Shown here: in pieces, positions 41,502-52,773 of the stretch
Layout: each line of letters starts with the position of its first letter
Position numbering within the stretch: position 1 is the stretch's first letter
Assembly: GCA_963668695.2 (NCBI GenBank)
Contig: CAXXLQ010000004.1
Span: forward strand, 3,360,001-3,424,000
Direction: 5' to 3'
DNA length: 64,000 nt
Source of the DNA: Vicinamibacteria bacterium
GTDB taxonomy: Bacteria; Acidobacteriota; Vicinamibacteria; Marinacidobacterales; Marinacidobacteraceae
The notes under the pieces: generated by a model
Database searches by the model: none
Told to the model about the DNA's origin: nothing
The model's input: only the letters and a program-made list of their open reading frames with translations
Program-made: the position numbers and the translations under genes

Positions 41502-44500
41502 TTGCGCGAACAAGAACCCGCCTTCGAGGAACCGCCACTGACCTCCCTGCTCTCCCGCTTCGACCCCGCGGTTGCCGGCTGGTTCCGAGAGCGTTTCGAA
41601 GCGCCCACCGAACCCCAGGCAAAGGGCTGGCCCGCGATCGCACGGGGAGAAGACGTCCTGATCACCGCGCCTACCGGCTCGGGCAAGACGCTCGCCGCGT
41701 TCCTGTTCGCGCTGGACCGGCTCACCCGGGAGGCCCGCGTCGGACCGCTGGCGGACGAAACGCGCGTCGTCTATGTCTCGCCGCTCAAGGCGCTGAGCGC
41801 CGATATCCGCCGGAATCTCGAAATCCCGCTCGCCGGAATCGCCGCGCGGGCCGCGGCGGCGGGCGATCCCCTTCCCGCGCTCCGCGCCGAACTCCGCACC
41901 GGAGACACGCCTGCCGCTCAGCGGGCCCGGATGACCCGGAAGCCGCCCCACATCCTGGTCACGACGCCGGAATCGCTCTACCTGCTGCTCACCGCCGCCC
42001 GCGGCCGTGAGCTCCTCTCGACCGCGGACACCGTGATCGTGGACGAGATCCACGCGCTGGCGCGCGACAAGCGCGGAAGCCATCTCGCGCTCTCGCTCGA
42101 ACGCCTCGACCGGATCGCAGGGCGCCGCCTGCAGCGCATCGGCCTCTCCGCCACCGTCCGGCCGATATCCGAGGTGGCCGGCTTCCTGAGCCCGCGCACG
42201 CCGGGGGGACCGACCGTCATTGACGTCGGCCACCGCCGGGAACTCGACCTCGCGGTGGAGATTCCGGACAGCGAACTGGGTGCGGTGGCGAGCCACGAGA
42301 TCATGGAGGACATCCGGGACCGGATCGCCACCCTCATCGAGGAACACGACACCACCCTCGTGTTCGTGAATACCCGCCGGATGGCGGAGCGGCTGACCCA
42401 CGATCTGGGCGAACGGCTTCCCGCGGGGGCCGTACTCGCCCATCACGGCAGCCTCGCCCGGGAGTTGCGGCTCGAGGCCGAGCGCCGGCTCCAGACCGGG
42501 GAGGTCCGGGCCATCGTCGCGACAGCCTCCCTCGAGCTCGGGATCGACATCGGTTCGGTGAACCTGGTCTGCCAGCTCGGCTCGCCCCGTTCCATCGCGG
42601 TCGCCCTGCAACGGGTGGGCCGCTCGGGACACTGGCTCGGCGCCACCCCGAAAGGGCGGTTCTTTCCCACCACCCGCGATGAACTGGTCGAGTGTGCGGC
42701 ACTGGTCGCCGCGATGGAGTCGGGAGACCTGGACCGGATCCGCATCCCCCAGGCGCCCCTCGACATCCTCGCCCAGCAGCTCGTGGCGGAAACGGGAGCC
42801 ACGCCCGAGCAGCGGCACGATCTGGACCAGCTGTTCGATTTCGTGCGGTGCGCCTACCCCTACCGGCAACTCGAGCGGACGGTGTTCGACGACCTCGTCG
42901 CCATGCTCTCGGAAGGCATCGCGACCGCGCGCGGACGGCGCGGCGCCTACCTGCACCGGGACACCGTTTCCGGCACGGTGCGCGCCCGCCGGGGCGCCCG
43001 GCTGGCGGCCATCCAGAGCGGCGGAGCGATCCCGGAGACGGCGCAATATCAAGTTGTCGCCGAACCCGACGACCGGATCGTAGGCCAGCTCGACGAGGAC
43101 TTCGCCATCGAGAGCTACCGGGGCGACGTCTTTTTGCTCGGGACCACCGCCTGGCGGATCCGGCGGATCGCCGAAGGACAGGTCCGGGTCGAAGACGCCC
43201 AGGGCGCGGCGCCGACCATTCCCTTCTGGAGGGGAGAAGCGCCGGGCCGGACCCCCGAACTGAGCGTCCGGGTGGCGGAACTCCGCGAACGAGTGGATGA
43301 AAGCCTGCCGGAGAAGGCCCGCGTCGAGCTGAGCGCGGCGTCGCACCTCGACGGCGCCGGCGCCGACCAGCTCATCCGCTATCTCGCCGCCGGCCGGGCC
43401 GCGCTGGGCGCCATGCCGAGCCAGCGCACCGTGGTTGCGGAGCGGTTCTTCGACGAATCGGGCGGGATGCAGCTCGTGATCCACGCTCCCTTCGGGAGCC
43501 GGATCAACCGGGCCTGGGGTCTCGCGCTCCGGAAGCGCTTCTGCCGGTCCTTCAACCTGGAACTCCAGGCGGCGGCAACCGATGACGGCATCGTCATCTC
43601 CCTGACCGACCTGCACTCCTTCCCGCTGGAGTCGGTGTTCTCGTTCCTGAAGCCGGCAACCCTCGAGCCGGTGCTGACCCAGGCGGTTCTGGGCGTACCC
43701 CTGTTCTTCGTGCGCTGGCGCTGGGCCGCATCCCGGGCGCTCGCGGTGCCCCGCCGGCGGTCCGGCAAGCGGGTGCCGCCACCCATCCAGCGGATGCTCA
43801 CCGACGACTTGCTCGCCGCGGTCTTCCCGGACCAGGCCGCCTGCGCCGAAAACCTTGCCGGTGAGGTGCGGATTCCGAAACACCCGCTGGTTGACGAGGC
43901 GATCGCCGATTGCCTCCACGAAGCGTTGGACCTCGAGGGCCTGCGAAAGCTCCTCGAAAACATCCGGAGCGGACGGGTGCGCACGGTGGCGGTGGACACC
44001 CCGGAAGCGTCGCCCTTCGCGGCCGAGATTCTGAACGCCAATCCGTTCGCATTCCTCGATCCGGCGCCCCTGGAGGAGCGCCGCGCCCGGGCCGTCCGGA
44101 TGCGGCGGTCGCTGCCCCCCGAACTCGATTCCGAGGCGGTCCTCGACCCCGAGGCGATCGAGCAGGCAGCGGCGGAAGCGGCGCCGCCGGTCCGGGACGC
44201 GGACGAACTCCACGACGCGCTGCTCACCCTGGGAGCGATGCGGGAGACGCCGGAATGGGCCGGATGGTTCGCCGAGCTCGAAACCGGCCGCCGCGCTACC
44301 GCGTTTTCGGCGAGCGGGGGTCGGCTATGGGTGGCCGTCGAGCGGCTCGGTATCGCCCGAGCAGTCTGGGCCCGCGCGGTCTGGCCGGATGCTCCCCCGC
44401 CCGCGGCCGGCCCGACGGAATCGTCCGGGGTCCCGGACACCCGGGCCGCTGCGGCTGCCGCGATTCTTCGCGGAGTCATGGACTCCTCCGGCCCCATGAC

Positions 44501-45836
44501 CGCACCGGGGCTCGCCGACCGGCTGGCGATCCCCGAGACGACGGTCCAGGCAGCGCTCCAGCTTCTGGAGGCCGAGGGAGTGGTGCTTCAGGGGCGTTTT
44601 TCACACCCCCCGGCGGAAACAGGACCGGTCGAGTGGTGCCACCGGCGGGTGCTGGCCCGCGTCCACCGCCTCACCCTCGCGCGGCTCCGCCGCGAGTCGG
44701 CGCCGGTCAGCGCCGCCGCCTTCCTCGACTTCCTGGCCGGGTGGCAGCACGCGACGGCCGAGACCCGGCTCCACGGGCCGCGCGGGGTCCGGGAGGTGAT
44801 CGCCCAGTTACAGGGGCTCGAAGCGCCGGCGGCGGCCTGGGAGTCACAGATCCTGCCGCTGCGGATCGCCGGATATCGCCGCGACTGGCTCGACGAGAAC
44901 TGCCTTTCGGGCGAGGTGGTGTGGGGACGGACATCCCTTCCGGAAACGTCCCCGAACGGGAGCGCGGCGGCTCGGCTCCCGGCGCGGCCGACCCGAGCGG
45001 CCCCGATCGGACTGCTCCTCCGAAGTGAACTCGGCCGTTGGCTTCGACGCCGGGAGGAGGACCGCGCGGACCGCTCTTCGGCGGCGGGCAAGGTCCTGAA
45101 ACTCCTCGAAGAGGGCGGAGCGCAGTTCTTCGCCGAACTCCAGGCGCGCTCCGGGTTATTGCCCGCGGCCCTCGAGGACGCGCTCTGGGAACTGACCGCC
45201 GGCGGGCGGGTAACCGCGGACGGTTTCGACAACCTGCGCGCGCTCATGGACCCGCGGCGGCGAAGCGCCTACGGGCGTTACCGAAGGCGGAAGGCGCGCT
45301 ACTCGCCGGGCCGCTGGGCGCTCCTGGCGGCGCCCGCTGACGAGGGGGGAGAACCGACCGATCACGAAGCGGTCGCCCGCCAACTCCTCCGGCGCTGGGG
45401 GGTGGTGTTCCGCGACCTGCTGAAGCGGGAGCGGATCGAATCGCGCTGGCGCGACCTCCAACTCGTCCTGCGGCGGCTGGAGATGCGGGGCGAGGTGGTC
45501 GGCGGGCGGTTCGTCACGACCTTCGCCGGAGAGCAGTTCGCCCTGCCCGAGGCCGTTGCCCCACTGCGCCGCGCCGGTCGGGACGGGGGCGAGCCGGGGC
45601 CGAGGCTGACCATCGGCGCCGCCGATCCGCTCAACCTGTCCGGGATCCTGATTCCCGGCCCGCGCGTTCCTGTCACATCGTCGGAGAACCTGGTGCTGCA
45701 AGGGGGCGCCCTGACCCCGGCGGGCAGGGGCCCCATCCACGCGGACTACACCCCGAGCGCACCGTCCGGCCCTCCCGGCTCCGCACCACCATTCGCCAAC
45801 CACGCGGGCCTTCCGCATCCACTCAGCGAGCCTTAA
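41502..45836 (+). CDS. lhr: Lhr family SF2 helicase (long form)
   Basis: PTGSGKT, VSPLKAL, DEIH, GLSAT, HHGSL, LELGIDIG, QRVGRSGH, PFWRGE, GEQFA. Confidence 0.93.
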   Translation: MREQEPAFEEPPLTSLLSRFDPAVAGWFRERFEAPTEPQAKGWPAIARGEDVLITAPTGSGKTLAAFLFALDRLTREARVGPLADETRVVYVSPLKALSADIRRNLEIPLAGIAARAAAAGDPLPALRAELRTGDTPAAQRARMTRKPPHILVTTPESLYLLLTAARGRELLSTADTVIVDEIHALARDKRGSHLALSLERLDRIAGRRLQRIGLSATVRPISEVAGFLSPRTPGGPTVIDVGHRRELDLAVEIPDSELGAVASHEIMEDIRDRIATLIEEHDTTLVFVNTRRMAERLTHDLGERLPAGAVLAHHGSLARELRLEAERRLQTGEVRAIVATASLELGIDIGSVNLVCQLGSPRSIAVALQRVGRSGHWLGATPKGRFFPTTRDELVECAALVAAMESGDLDRIRIPQAPLDILAQQLVAETGATPEQRHDLDQLFDFVRCAYPYRQLERTVFDDLVAMLSEGIATARGRRGAYLHRDTVSGTVRARRGARLAAIQSGGAIPETAQYQVVAEPDDRIVGQLDEDFAIESYRGDVFLLGTTAWRIRRIAEGQVRVEDAQGAAPTIPFWRGEAPGRTPELSVRVAELRERVDESLPEKARVELSAASHLDGAGADQLIRYLAAGRAALGAMPSQRTVVAERFFDESGGMQLVIHAPFGSRINRAWGLALRKRFCRSFNLELQAAATDDGIVISLTDLHSFPLESVFSFLKPATLEPVLTQAVLGVPLFFVRWRWAASRALAVPRRRSGKRVPPPIQRMLTDDLLAAVFPDQAACAENLAGEVRIPKHPLVDEAIADCLHEALDLEGLRKLLENIRSGRVRTVAVDTPEASPFAAEILNANPFAFLDPAPLEERRARAVRMRRSLPPELDSEAVLDPEAIEQAAAEAAPPVRDADELHDALLTLGAMRETPEWAGWFAELETGRRATAFSASGGRLWVAVERLGIARAVWARAVWPDAPPPAAGPTESSGVPDTRAAAAAAILRGVMDSSGPMTAPGLADRLAIPETTVQAALQLLEAEGVVLQGRFSHPPAETGPVEWCHRRVLARVHRLTLARLRRESAPVSAAAFLDFLAGWQHATAETRLHGPRGVREVIAQLQGLEAPAAAWESQILPLRIAGYRRDWLDENCLSGEVVWGRTSLPETSPNGSAAARLPARPTRAAPIGLLLRSELGRWLRRREEDRADRSSAAGKVLKLLEEGGAQFFAELQARSGLLPAALEDALWELTAGGRVTADGFDNLRALMDPRRRSAYGRYRRRKARYSPGRWALLAAPADEGGEPTDHEAVARQLLRRWGVVFRDLLKRERIESRWRDLQLVLRRLEMRGEVVGGRFVTTFAGEQFALPEAVAPLRRAGRDGGEPGPRLTIGAADPLNLSGILIPGPRVPVTSSENLVLQGGALTPAGRGPIHADYTPSAPSGPPGSAPPFANHAGLPHPLSEP

Positions 45837-45850
45837 ATATGGTAATATGG
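45836..45850 (+). promoter_or_regulatory. Extended -10 box with a possible antitoxin operator
   Basis: TGGTAATAT 7 nt before GTG 45856; overlapping direct repeat AATATGG x2. Confidence 0.55.
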
Positions 45851-45855
45851 GTCGC

Positions 45856-46122
45856 GTGAAGACAACGATCGAACTTCCGGACCCGATCCTCCGGCAGGCC
45901 CGGATGCTGGCCGCCGCGCGCGGGACGACTCTGAAACGACTCTTCACCGAAGCCCTTGAGGAGAAACTCCGCGCTGACACCCGGCGGGCCGGAGAATCCC
46001 GGAACAAGCCACCATGGATGGCGGCATTCGGAGAGCTGTCCGACCTGTCAGAAGAGACCCGGCGCATAGAACGCATCATTGAAGATGAGTTCGAACGCCT
46101 GGAACCCGAAGACCTGGATTGA
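45856..46122 (+). CDS. VapB-like ribbon-helix-helix antitoxin
   Basis: MKTTIELPD..L...A...G.TL; acidic C-terminus; overlaps the PIN gene. Confidence 0.8.
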   Translation: MKTTIELPDPILRQARMLAAARGTTLKRLFTEALEEKLRADTRRAGESRNKPPWMAAFGELSDLSEETRRIERIIEDEFERLEPEDLD

Positions 46123-46496
46123 TTCTCGACACGAACGCCCTGTCTGCGCTGGCGGACGGGAATTCGGCCGTCGAAGCGCCCATGATGCTGGCGGACCGAT
46201 TAGTGGTTCCCGTCGTTGTGCTGGGCGAATTCGTTTTCGGGATTCGCCAATCCCGCCATCGTGGCCGTTACGAGGACTGGCTTCGCCGAAGGCTCCGCCT
46301 CGTGGACATCGCCGCGGTCAGTTCACGGACAGCCCATCACTACGCCGAAATCCGTCTCGAACTGAAGCGTGCGGGGCGTCCCATCCCGGCGAACGATGTC
46401 TGGATCGCGGCGCTGGCCCGGCAGCATGCGCTGCCGCTGCTCAGCCGCGATACCCATTTCGACGCCGTCCGGGATCTGGAGAGGATTCCTTTCTGA
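46119..46496 (+). CDS. vapC: VapC PIN-domain toxin
   Basis: ILDTN, VLGE, IPANDVWIAALA, SRDTHF. Confidence 0.92.
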   Translation: MILDTNALSALADGNSAVEAPMMLADRLVVPVVVLGEFVFGIRQSRHRGRYEDWLRRRLRLVDIAAVSSRTAHHYAEIRLELKRAGRPIPANDVWIAALARQHALPLLSRDTHFDAVRDLERIPF

Positions 46497-46545
46497 CCCA
46501 TCGCGATCCGGCGCCCGCTGATGAGTTGACTGCTACCCTGCGTGG

Positions 46546-46797
46546 ATGAGCCGGGACGGCAAAGACGACCGGATTGACGAAGCCGTGCTGGCGCTCCTCT
46601 ATCTGGGGATTCACGAGCGCGATCCCGGGATGGGGGCGCGCACCTGGAAGTCGTTCGACTGGGACGCGATGGACCGGCTTCACCAGAAGGGTCTGATTTC
46701 CAACCCGGTGAGCAAGGCCAGGTCGGTCGTCTTGACCGAGACAGGTTTGCCCCCGGCGGAGGCGGCGTTTCGGCGACTCTTCGAGGTGGACGGGTGA
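46546..46797 (+). CDS. Small winged-helix-like protein (DUF6429-like)
   Basis: IDEAVLALLYL..WKSFDWDAMDRLHQKGLI..KARSV.LTE.G. Confidence 0.75.
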   Translation: MSRDGKDDRIDEAVLALLYLGIHERDPGMGARTWKSFDWDAMDRLHQKGLISNPVSKARSVVLTETGLPPAEAAFRRLFEVDG

Positions 46798-46928
46798 GCC
46801 CCGCGTCGCATTGAGGTGAGCGAGGCCGCACCGCCTGCTTCCGGTCCCTGCCCCGCTGGTCCCCGTTACCGTGAGGCGGAGGTGGCTACGGACTCCGTGA
46901 TCGGCGCCGGGGCGGTCCGGCCGGTCTC

Positions 46929-48230
46929 GTGCTGACTCGCCGAGGCGCGCCGGGCGGGACGGCGGCAGCACCTCCGGTCGCCGCGGCCGAACGAGCGTTC
47001 CGGGAACGTTACGGGCATCGCCCCGAGACCGTCGCGTTCGCCCCGGGCCGGGTGAACATCATCGGGGAGCACGTCGACTACTGCGGGCTGCCCGTGCTGC
47101 CGGCGGCGCTCGGGCGCGGCGTAGCGCTCGCTTTCGCTCCGCGCGCCGACGACCGGATCCGCTGCTTCAGCACCGAGCCCGGCTTCGGCGAGACCGATTT
47201 CGCCCAGGGGGAGGCGCCGCCCACCGGGTTCGGGCGCTACCTGAGCGCCGCCGCGGTCGGACTCGAAGCAGGCGACTGGACCCCGGCCTCCCACGCCGGC
47301 TTCGACGGGGCGCTCGCCTCCGATCTGCCGGTGGCCGCCGGACTCTCCTCCTCGTCAGCGGTCGTGATCGCGGGAGCGCTCGCAATGCTCACGGTTCGGG
47401 GCCGCCTCACCCCCGGCGCCGCCCTTTCCGGCGACGAAGCGATGCGGCTCGCCCTCGATCTCGCCGAAGCGGAGCACGGGGTGGCCATCCAGGGCGGCGC
47501 CATGGACCAGTCCATCTGCCTGGCTGGAATCCCCGGACACGCGCTCCACATCGCCTTCGAACCACCCGGCTGGAGCCCGGTCCCGGTGGACGCGGGGCGT
47601 TTCCGCTTTCTCGTGGCGTACAGCGGTCAGCGCGCCGACAAGGGTGCGGCCGCGGGCGCCGTCTTCGACGAACGTGTCGGGCAGGCGCGGGAGGCGCTGG
47701 TCCGCGTCCGCGCCCTTCTTCCGGATGCGGACGGCTATCCGGCGCTGCTCGCCAACTATCCCGTGAAGGAACTCCTGTCGCTGGCACAACGCCTGCCCCC
47801 GCCGCTAAGCGGACGCTTTCGGCATGTGGTGACCGAAGCCCGGCGCACCACGGCAGCTCTCAGCCACCTGCGGGACGGCGACGCCATCGCCCTCGGCCAG
47901 GTGTTGAATGCCTCCCACGAAAGCCTCCGTTACGACTACGAGGTGAGCACGCCGGAACTCGATGCCCTGGTGGAGGCGGCGCGCCACGGCGGAGCCCTGG
48001 GCGCCCGGCTGACGGGCGCCGGACTGGGCGGCGCCGTGGTGATCCTCTCCGCTCCCGGCGCCCAAGCCGCCATCCGGGCGTGTCTGACCGAGCGGTACTA
48101 CGCCCCGCGCGGAATCCCGAGTCCCGGAACCACCCACCTGGTGGACGCCACACCCTCCGGACCGGCGGCCCTGCTCCAGGCCGAACTGCGCGCTCCCAGT
48201 TTCCCAGCCACGTCGCTCGCGAAGCTGTAA
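46929..48230 (+). CDS. galK: Galactokinase family (GHMP) kinase
   Basis: APGRVNIIGEHVDY, PVAAGLSSSSA, GAMDQ, SHESLRYDYEVS, GARLTGAGLGG. Confidence 0.85.
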   Translation: MLTRRGAPGGTAAAPPVAAAERAFRERYGHRPETVAFAPGRVNIIGEHVDYCGLPVLPAALGRGVALAFAPRADDRIRCFSTEPGFGETDFAQGEAPPTGFGRYLSAAAVGLEAGDWTPASHAGFDGALASDLPVAAGLSSSSAVVIAGALAMLTVRGRLTPGAALSGDEAMRLALDLAEAEHGVAIQGGAMDQSICLAGIPGHALHIAFEPPGWSPVPVDAGRFRFLVAYSGQRADKGAAAGAVFDERVGQAREALVRVRALLPDADGYPALLANYPVKELLSLAQRLPPPLSGRFRHVVTEARRTTAALSHLRDGDAIALGQVLNASHESLRYDYEVSTPELDALVEAARHGGALGARLTGAGLGGAVVILSAPGAQAAIRACLTERYYAPRGIPSPGTTHLVDATPSGPAALLQAELRAPSFPATSLAKL

Positions 48231-51200
48231 AGGACCGGAACCAGGAACAGCGTGACCAGGGTGGCGAAAGCGACCCCGCAAGCCAGCGAAACCGCCATCG
48301 GAATGAGCAACGCGGCCTGGTAGCTCCGCTCCAGCAGCAGCGGGGTCACCCCGGCGCAGGTGGTCAGCGAGGTAATGACGATGGCCCGGAAGCGCGCTGG
48401 TCCGGACGCAAGCGCCGCTTCCCGTGCCGAAAGACCCCGAGTTCGGCTCTTGTTGCTGAAATCGAGCATCACGAGAGCATCGTTGACCACGATCCCAATG
48501 AGCGGCGCCATTCCGAAAAAGCTCATCAGATCCAGATTGATTCCCATGATGAAGTGCCCGTACACCGCCCCGGCTAGCCCGAACGGGATCGCGGCCAGGA
48601 TGACGAACGGCTGGGTCCACGAACCGAGCGGTACGGCGAGCAACACAAAGATGAGCATCACGGCCAGGAGCCCGCTGCGTGCGAGGGCCCCCTGGCTTTC
48701 CTCTGCCTCTCCGGCCACCCCGGTGATCCCGAAGTCGTATCCCGCAAAGCGCTCGCGGAGTTCGGGAAACACTCCATTGCGGGCGCCCGCGATGACGGCG
48801 TCGGGAGTCGCAACGCGGCCGTCAACACTGGCGAGAACGGTGACAGCCCGCGATGAATCCACCCGGCGGATGACGGATTGTCCGCTCGCCCGGGAGACCT
48901 CAGCGATCTCGCCAAGCGAGGTCACGCGGCCGTCCGGCCGGCGTACCGGCAGTTCCGCCATTCCCGGAACACCCCCGGAATCGGCCCGCGGGTAGCGGAG
49001 GACGACCCGAATCTCGTCGCGGCCCCGGTGGTACCGCGCAATCTCCTCGCCATGAAACGCCTGCCGGAGCTGGCGGCCCACCATCCCGGCATCGATTCCG
49101 GTTCCGGCTCCTCCGGGTCGAACCCGAGCCACCAGTCCCGGCGCCATTCCCTCGAAATCGTCGAGAACGAGCGTCACTCCCGGGATTTCCCCGAGCCCGG
49201 CCTGGAGCGCCTCCGACGCCGCCACCAGCCCATCGAAGTCGGGACCGCGGATCCTGATGGACACATCCGCCGGCTGGCCGAACGCATCGCTGATCACGGA
49301 CACCTCGGCGTCCAGCGGCTCCGACCGAACATGCTCCCGCACCCGATCCGCAACGCTACGGGTCGACAACCCCGCGCGGTCCTCCTGGGGGCTGAGACGC
49401 CACACGATCTGGCCTATCGCCGCCCCCACCCCACCGGACTGCCCACCGAACGACTCCCCGACACCGATCGGGAAACGCTGTCCCACCAGAACCACCCGGT
49501 GGCGCTGCACGTCCCCCCCGGATTCCTCAAGGATTTCTTCGCGCACCTCGTCCACCGCGACGTTTAGCGAGGCAATGACCTTGCGGGTGGCGTCCGAAGT
49601 CGCCGACGCCGGCAGCGTGACCTGCAGGATGACGATGTTGTTGTCCATGGGCGAGTTCGTCACCACCGGCACCCAACCCCCCGCCGTCAAACCGAAGGCG
49701 AGGGACAGCGCGAAGACGCCCGCCGCCAGCGTCGCGAGCCGGTTACTGAGCGCCCACCGCAGCGCTGGCCGGTAGACCATCGCCACGATCCAGTCGAAAC
49801 CCGACTGGACCGTGCCGCGGATCCGGGCGAGTCGGCGGCTCGGACGCACGGCCAAGCCGCCGTGCGCCAGGTGATGCGGGAGGATCAGGGCGGCTTCCAG
49901 GAGGGAGAACGCCAAAATGGGAAGCACCATGCGCGGCACGTCGCCGATCAGTTCGCCGTAAACGCCCGGAATTCCAAGGAGCGGGGCAAACGCGGCCATC
50001 GTGGTCAGCACGCCGAACGCCGCCGGGAAGAAGACCCGCCGGGTGCCCCGAATAGCTGCCTCTTCCACGTTCTCGCCGCCGCCCTCCATCCGTCGCTGAA
50101 CGTTTTCGCCGACCACGATCGCATCGTCCACCACGATGCCGAGGGCCATGATGAACCCGAACATGCTGATCAGGTTCACCGTGACCCCGAGCCAGGGCAT
50201 CAACAGGAAGGCGCCGAAGAAGGGTGAACGGAAGTCCGGCGGCAGTCCAGACCGCAAGGCGGGTCGAGAGAGTGAAGAAGAGAACCAGGAAGATGAGACC
50301 CAGACCGGAAATCCCGTTCCGGATCATGAGGTCCAGACGGTCCTGGAAGTCCTCGGACGCGAAGTACCAGGGCGTCGCCTGGATGCCTTCCGGAAGCTGG
50401 ATTCCCCGGATGACTTCGCGCGCCCTCTCGGTGGTCTCCGCAAGCCGGCCGCTTTCTCTGAGGCTCACGGTCAGGAATACCGCGGGTTCGCCGTCCATCC
50501 AGGCTTCCCGATCCGCCGCATCCAGGCCGTCGGTCACGATCCCCACCTCAGCCAGGCGGGCAGTTCCGCCACCCGGGACCGCAATGAGCGGGATCCGCCC
50601 GAAGTCTTCAGCGTTAATCGCGGCCCCTTCGGTTCTCAGGCTGAGCTCGTGCGAGCCGCTGCGCGCCGTTCCGGCAGGAATCTCCGCGGAACCCGACCGC
50701 ACGGCAGCCGCCACCCGATCGAAAGTCAGCCCGAAGCGCGTCAGGTTCTCCTCGGGGATCTCGATCGTCAGTTCCCGGTCCCACCCGGTCAGGCGCTCCA
50801 CACTGGATACCCCGCGAACTGCGGCGACGGCATCCTGGACCCTGCGGGCCGCCTCGTGAAGGTCCCGTTCGCCGGCTACCCCGTGCACGGCGATCCGGAA
50901 GATCTCCCGGTTCTCGGCGATTTCGGATACCACGGGATCCTCCGCCTCGGCCGGGAGGGTGGTGAGCGATCCCACGCGCTCGCGCACCCGGTCCCCGATG
51001 CGGCGGATGTCCGCCCCGGCTTCCAGAACGAGCGTCAGCGCCGCGGCCTCATCCACGGCGAGGCCGGTCGTTTCGCGAACGCCCTCAATCCCCCGGAGCG
51101 CTTCTTCCAGCAGGAGCAGCACGCGCGATTCGACCACTTCGGCTTCGGCTCCCGGCAACACGACCCGCACCACGACGGCGGGGGAAGACGTCTCCGGAAG

Positions 51201-51344
51201 GAGTTCGTGCGGAACTCCGCCGAGGGCGATGTAGCCGGCCAGACAGACCCCGAAGAAGATCAGGTTCGCAGCGACCCGGTTCCGCACGAATCAGGCGATC
51301 ACTCCGGTGGAACGACCGCTGCCAGCGGCGGTGGTTTGAACCAT
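48098..51344 (-). pseudogene. AcrB-like RND efflux permease, disrupted
   Basis: In-frame TGA at 51291-51293 (IA*FVRNRVAANL); frameshift near 50222; LGIVVDDAIVVGEN, GIVVNDA, RFRAI..TSLTT. Confidence 0.88.
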
Positions 51345-51351
51345 GGGGCCG

Positions 51352-52542
51352 CTAGCAGCCCGACCCGGGAGGTCCCTCACCGGCCGCCCCGCGCGCTTCC
51401 ATGACCCGCACCCGCATCCCTTCGGCGACCATCGAAGGAGGAGAGATCACGAGCCGCTCCCCATCCGCGAGACCGGAGCGCACCCAGAGAGCGGCATCGC
51501 CGGCCGGCCAGAAAGCGTCCACCTCGCGAACCCGGATCCGGTCCTCGGCGTCCACGATGAGGACGGTGCCGTCAGCGCGGAACGCGCTCCGCGGCACCAC
51601 CGCCACCTCCGCGAACTCCTTTCCCTCGATCTCGACCCGCACGAACATGCCTGCCACCAGCGGCGGCCGGCCATCAGCAGTTTCCCGGTAAGGGTGGGGC
51701 ACTTCGATCACCGCGGGAAAGAACCGGGTCGCCGGATCCACTTCACCCTCCATCCGGGTGAGTCGCCCTTCCCAGGTCCACCGTTCAGCCGCCGTCGGTG
51801 GGCCGAGGGTCGCCGTCACGCGCGCCGCAGGCCCCGGTCCAACCGCTCCCCGAAACGGCAGATCCACAAGGGGAAGGGCCGCGTCCGGCAGCGAAACGCG
51901 CACCTCGGACACGTCCAGAGAAAGCAACTCCAGAAGCGGCGCGCCGGGGGTGACACATTCTCCAACCTCGGCGTTCCGAGAGGCAATCAGACCGGCATGC
52001 GGAGCCAGGATCTCCGTGTTCTTCAGATCCTCCTCGGCTCGTTCGAGCGCCGCCCGGGCGGCGCTGGCTGCCTCTTCGGCCGCCGCCAGTTGCGGGAGCC
52101 GAAGCGCCAGGGGATCGGGGGCCATCCCCGCCCCGTCCCATTCCGACCGAGCCAGGTCCGCACCTGCCCGCTCCCTCAGCACCCGCAGTTCCGCCTCGGC
52201 AGCGGCGCTCCGCGCCTGCGCGAGAGCCTGCTCGTAGGGAGCGCGCCGGATCCGGAACAGGGGAGCTTCCGCGGCAACCTGCGCCCCGATTCGGAGAGCG
52301 TCCGCCGCCTAGATCACCTCTCCGGCCGTCTGGGCGGAGACGGTGGTCCGCTTCGCCGGGCGGGCGGTGCCGTCGGCGCTGACCACGACCCGATGCGCCC
52401 CCAGTTCCACCGTCTGCACGTGGACCTCCGTCAGGGGCGTCTCGATTTCCTGCGCCTCCGGCTCCGGCCCGAGAGCTACCAGGATCGCGACGGTCGCAAC
52501 GGATAGCAGCAGGATCGGAACGAAGAGAAAGCGTCGAAGCAT
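51352..52542 (-). pseudogene. RND membrane-fusion (periplasmic adaptor) protein, disrupted
   Basis: In-frame TAG at 52309-52311; EILAPHAGLI, VDPATR, GMFVRVEI, GL..GERLV. Confidence 0.85.
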
Positions 52543-52773
52543 CAGCGCGACCTCATTGGGACCCCGTCCGCACGACCGCTCCCCAGATCATGCGAATCAG
52601 GCCGCTGGCTGCCCCCATGACGGAAGCAGAGTGTATTGCCAAGCGGAAGCCGCCGATCGGTTCATGGGGACGCGGGCTGGCTGCGGTGCGCACGCGCGGA
52701 CGGGACCGGACGACCGCCGTCTACTGTTCCGTCGAACTCAGCCGCCGATGTCATCCCTGCACCACCCCGGAGA

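Noticed and set aside
41391-44213. Long antisense ORFs (also 32-1651, 36318-38375 and others)
   Set aside because: Expected shadows of high-GC genes, opposite well-supported CDSs
41502-46797. lhr + vapBC + small gene as a defence island
   Set aside because: Lhr is the ordinary long form and vapBC has its own promoter; no other defence genes are adjacent
51291-51293. In-frame TGA as selenocysteine or UGA=Trp recoding
   Set aside because: The position fits Trp in IAWF.RN.VAANL, not Cys; the operon has other lesions; many housekeeping genes here end in TGA
52309-52311. In-frame TAG as pyrrolysine
   Set aside because: Membrane-fusion protein in a decaying operon with no pyl context; a nonsense mutation is simpler
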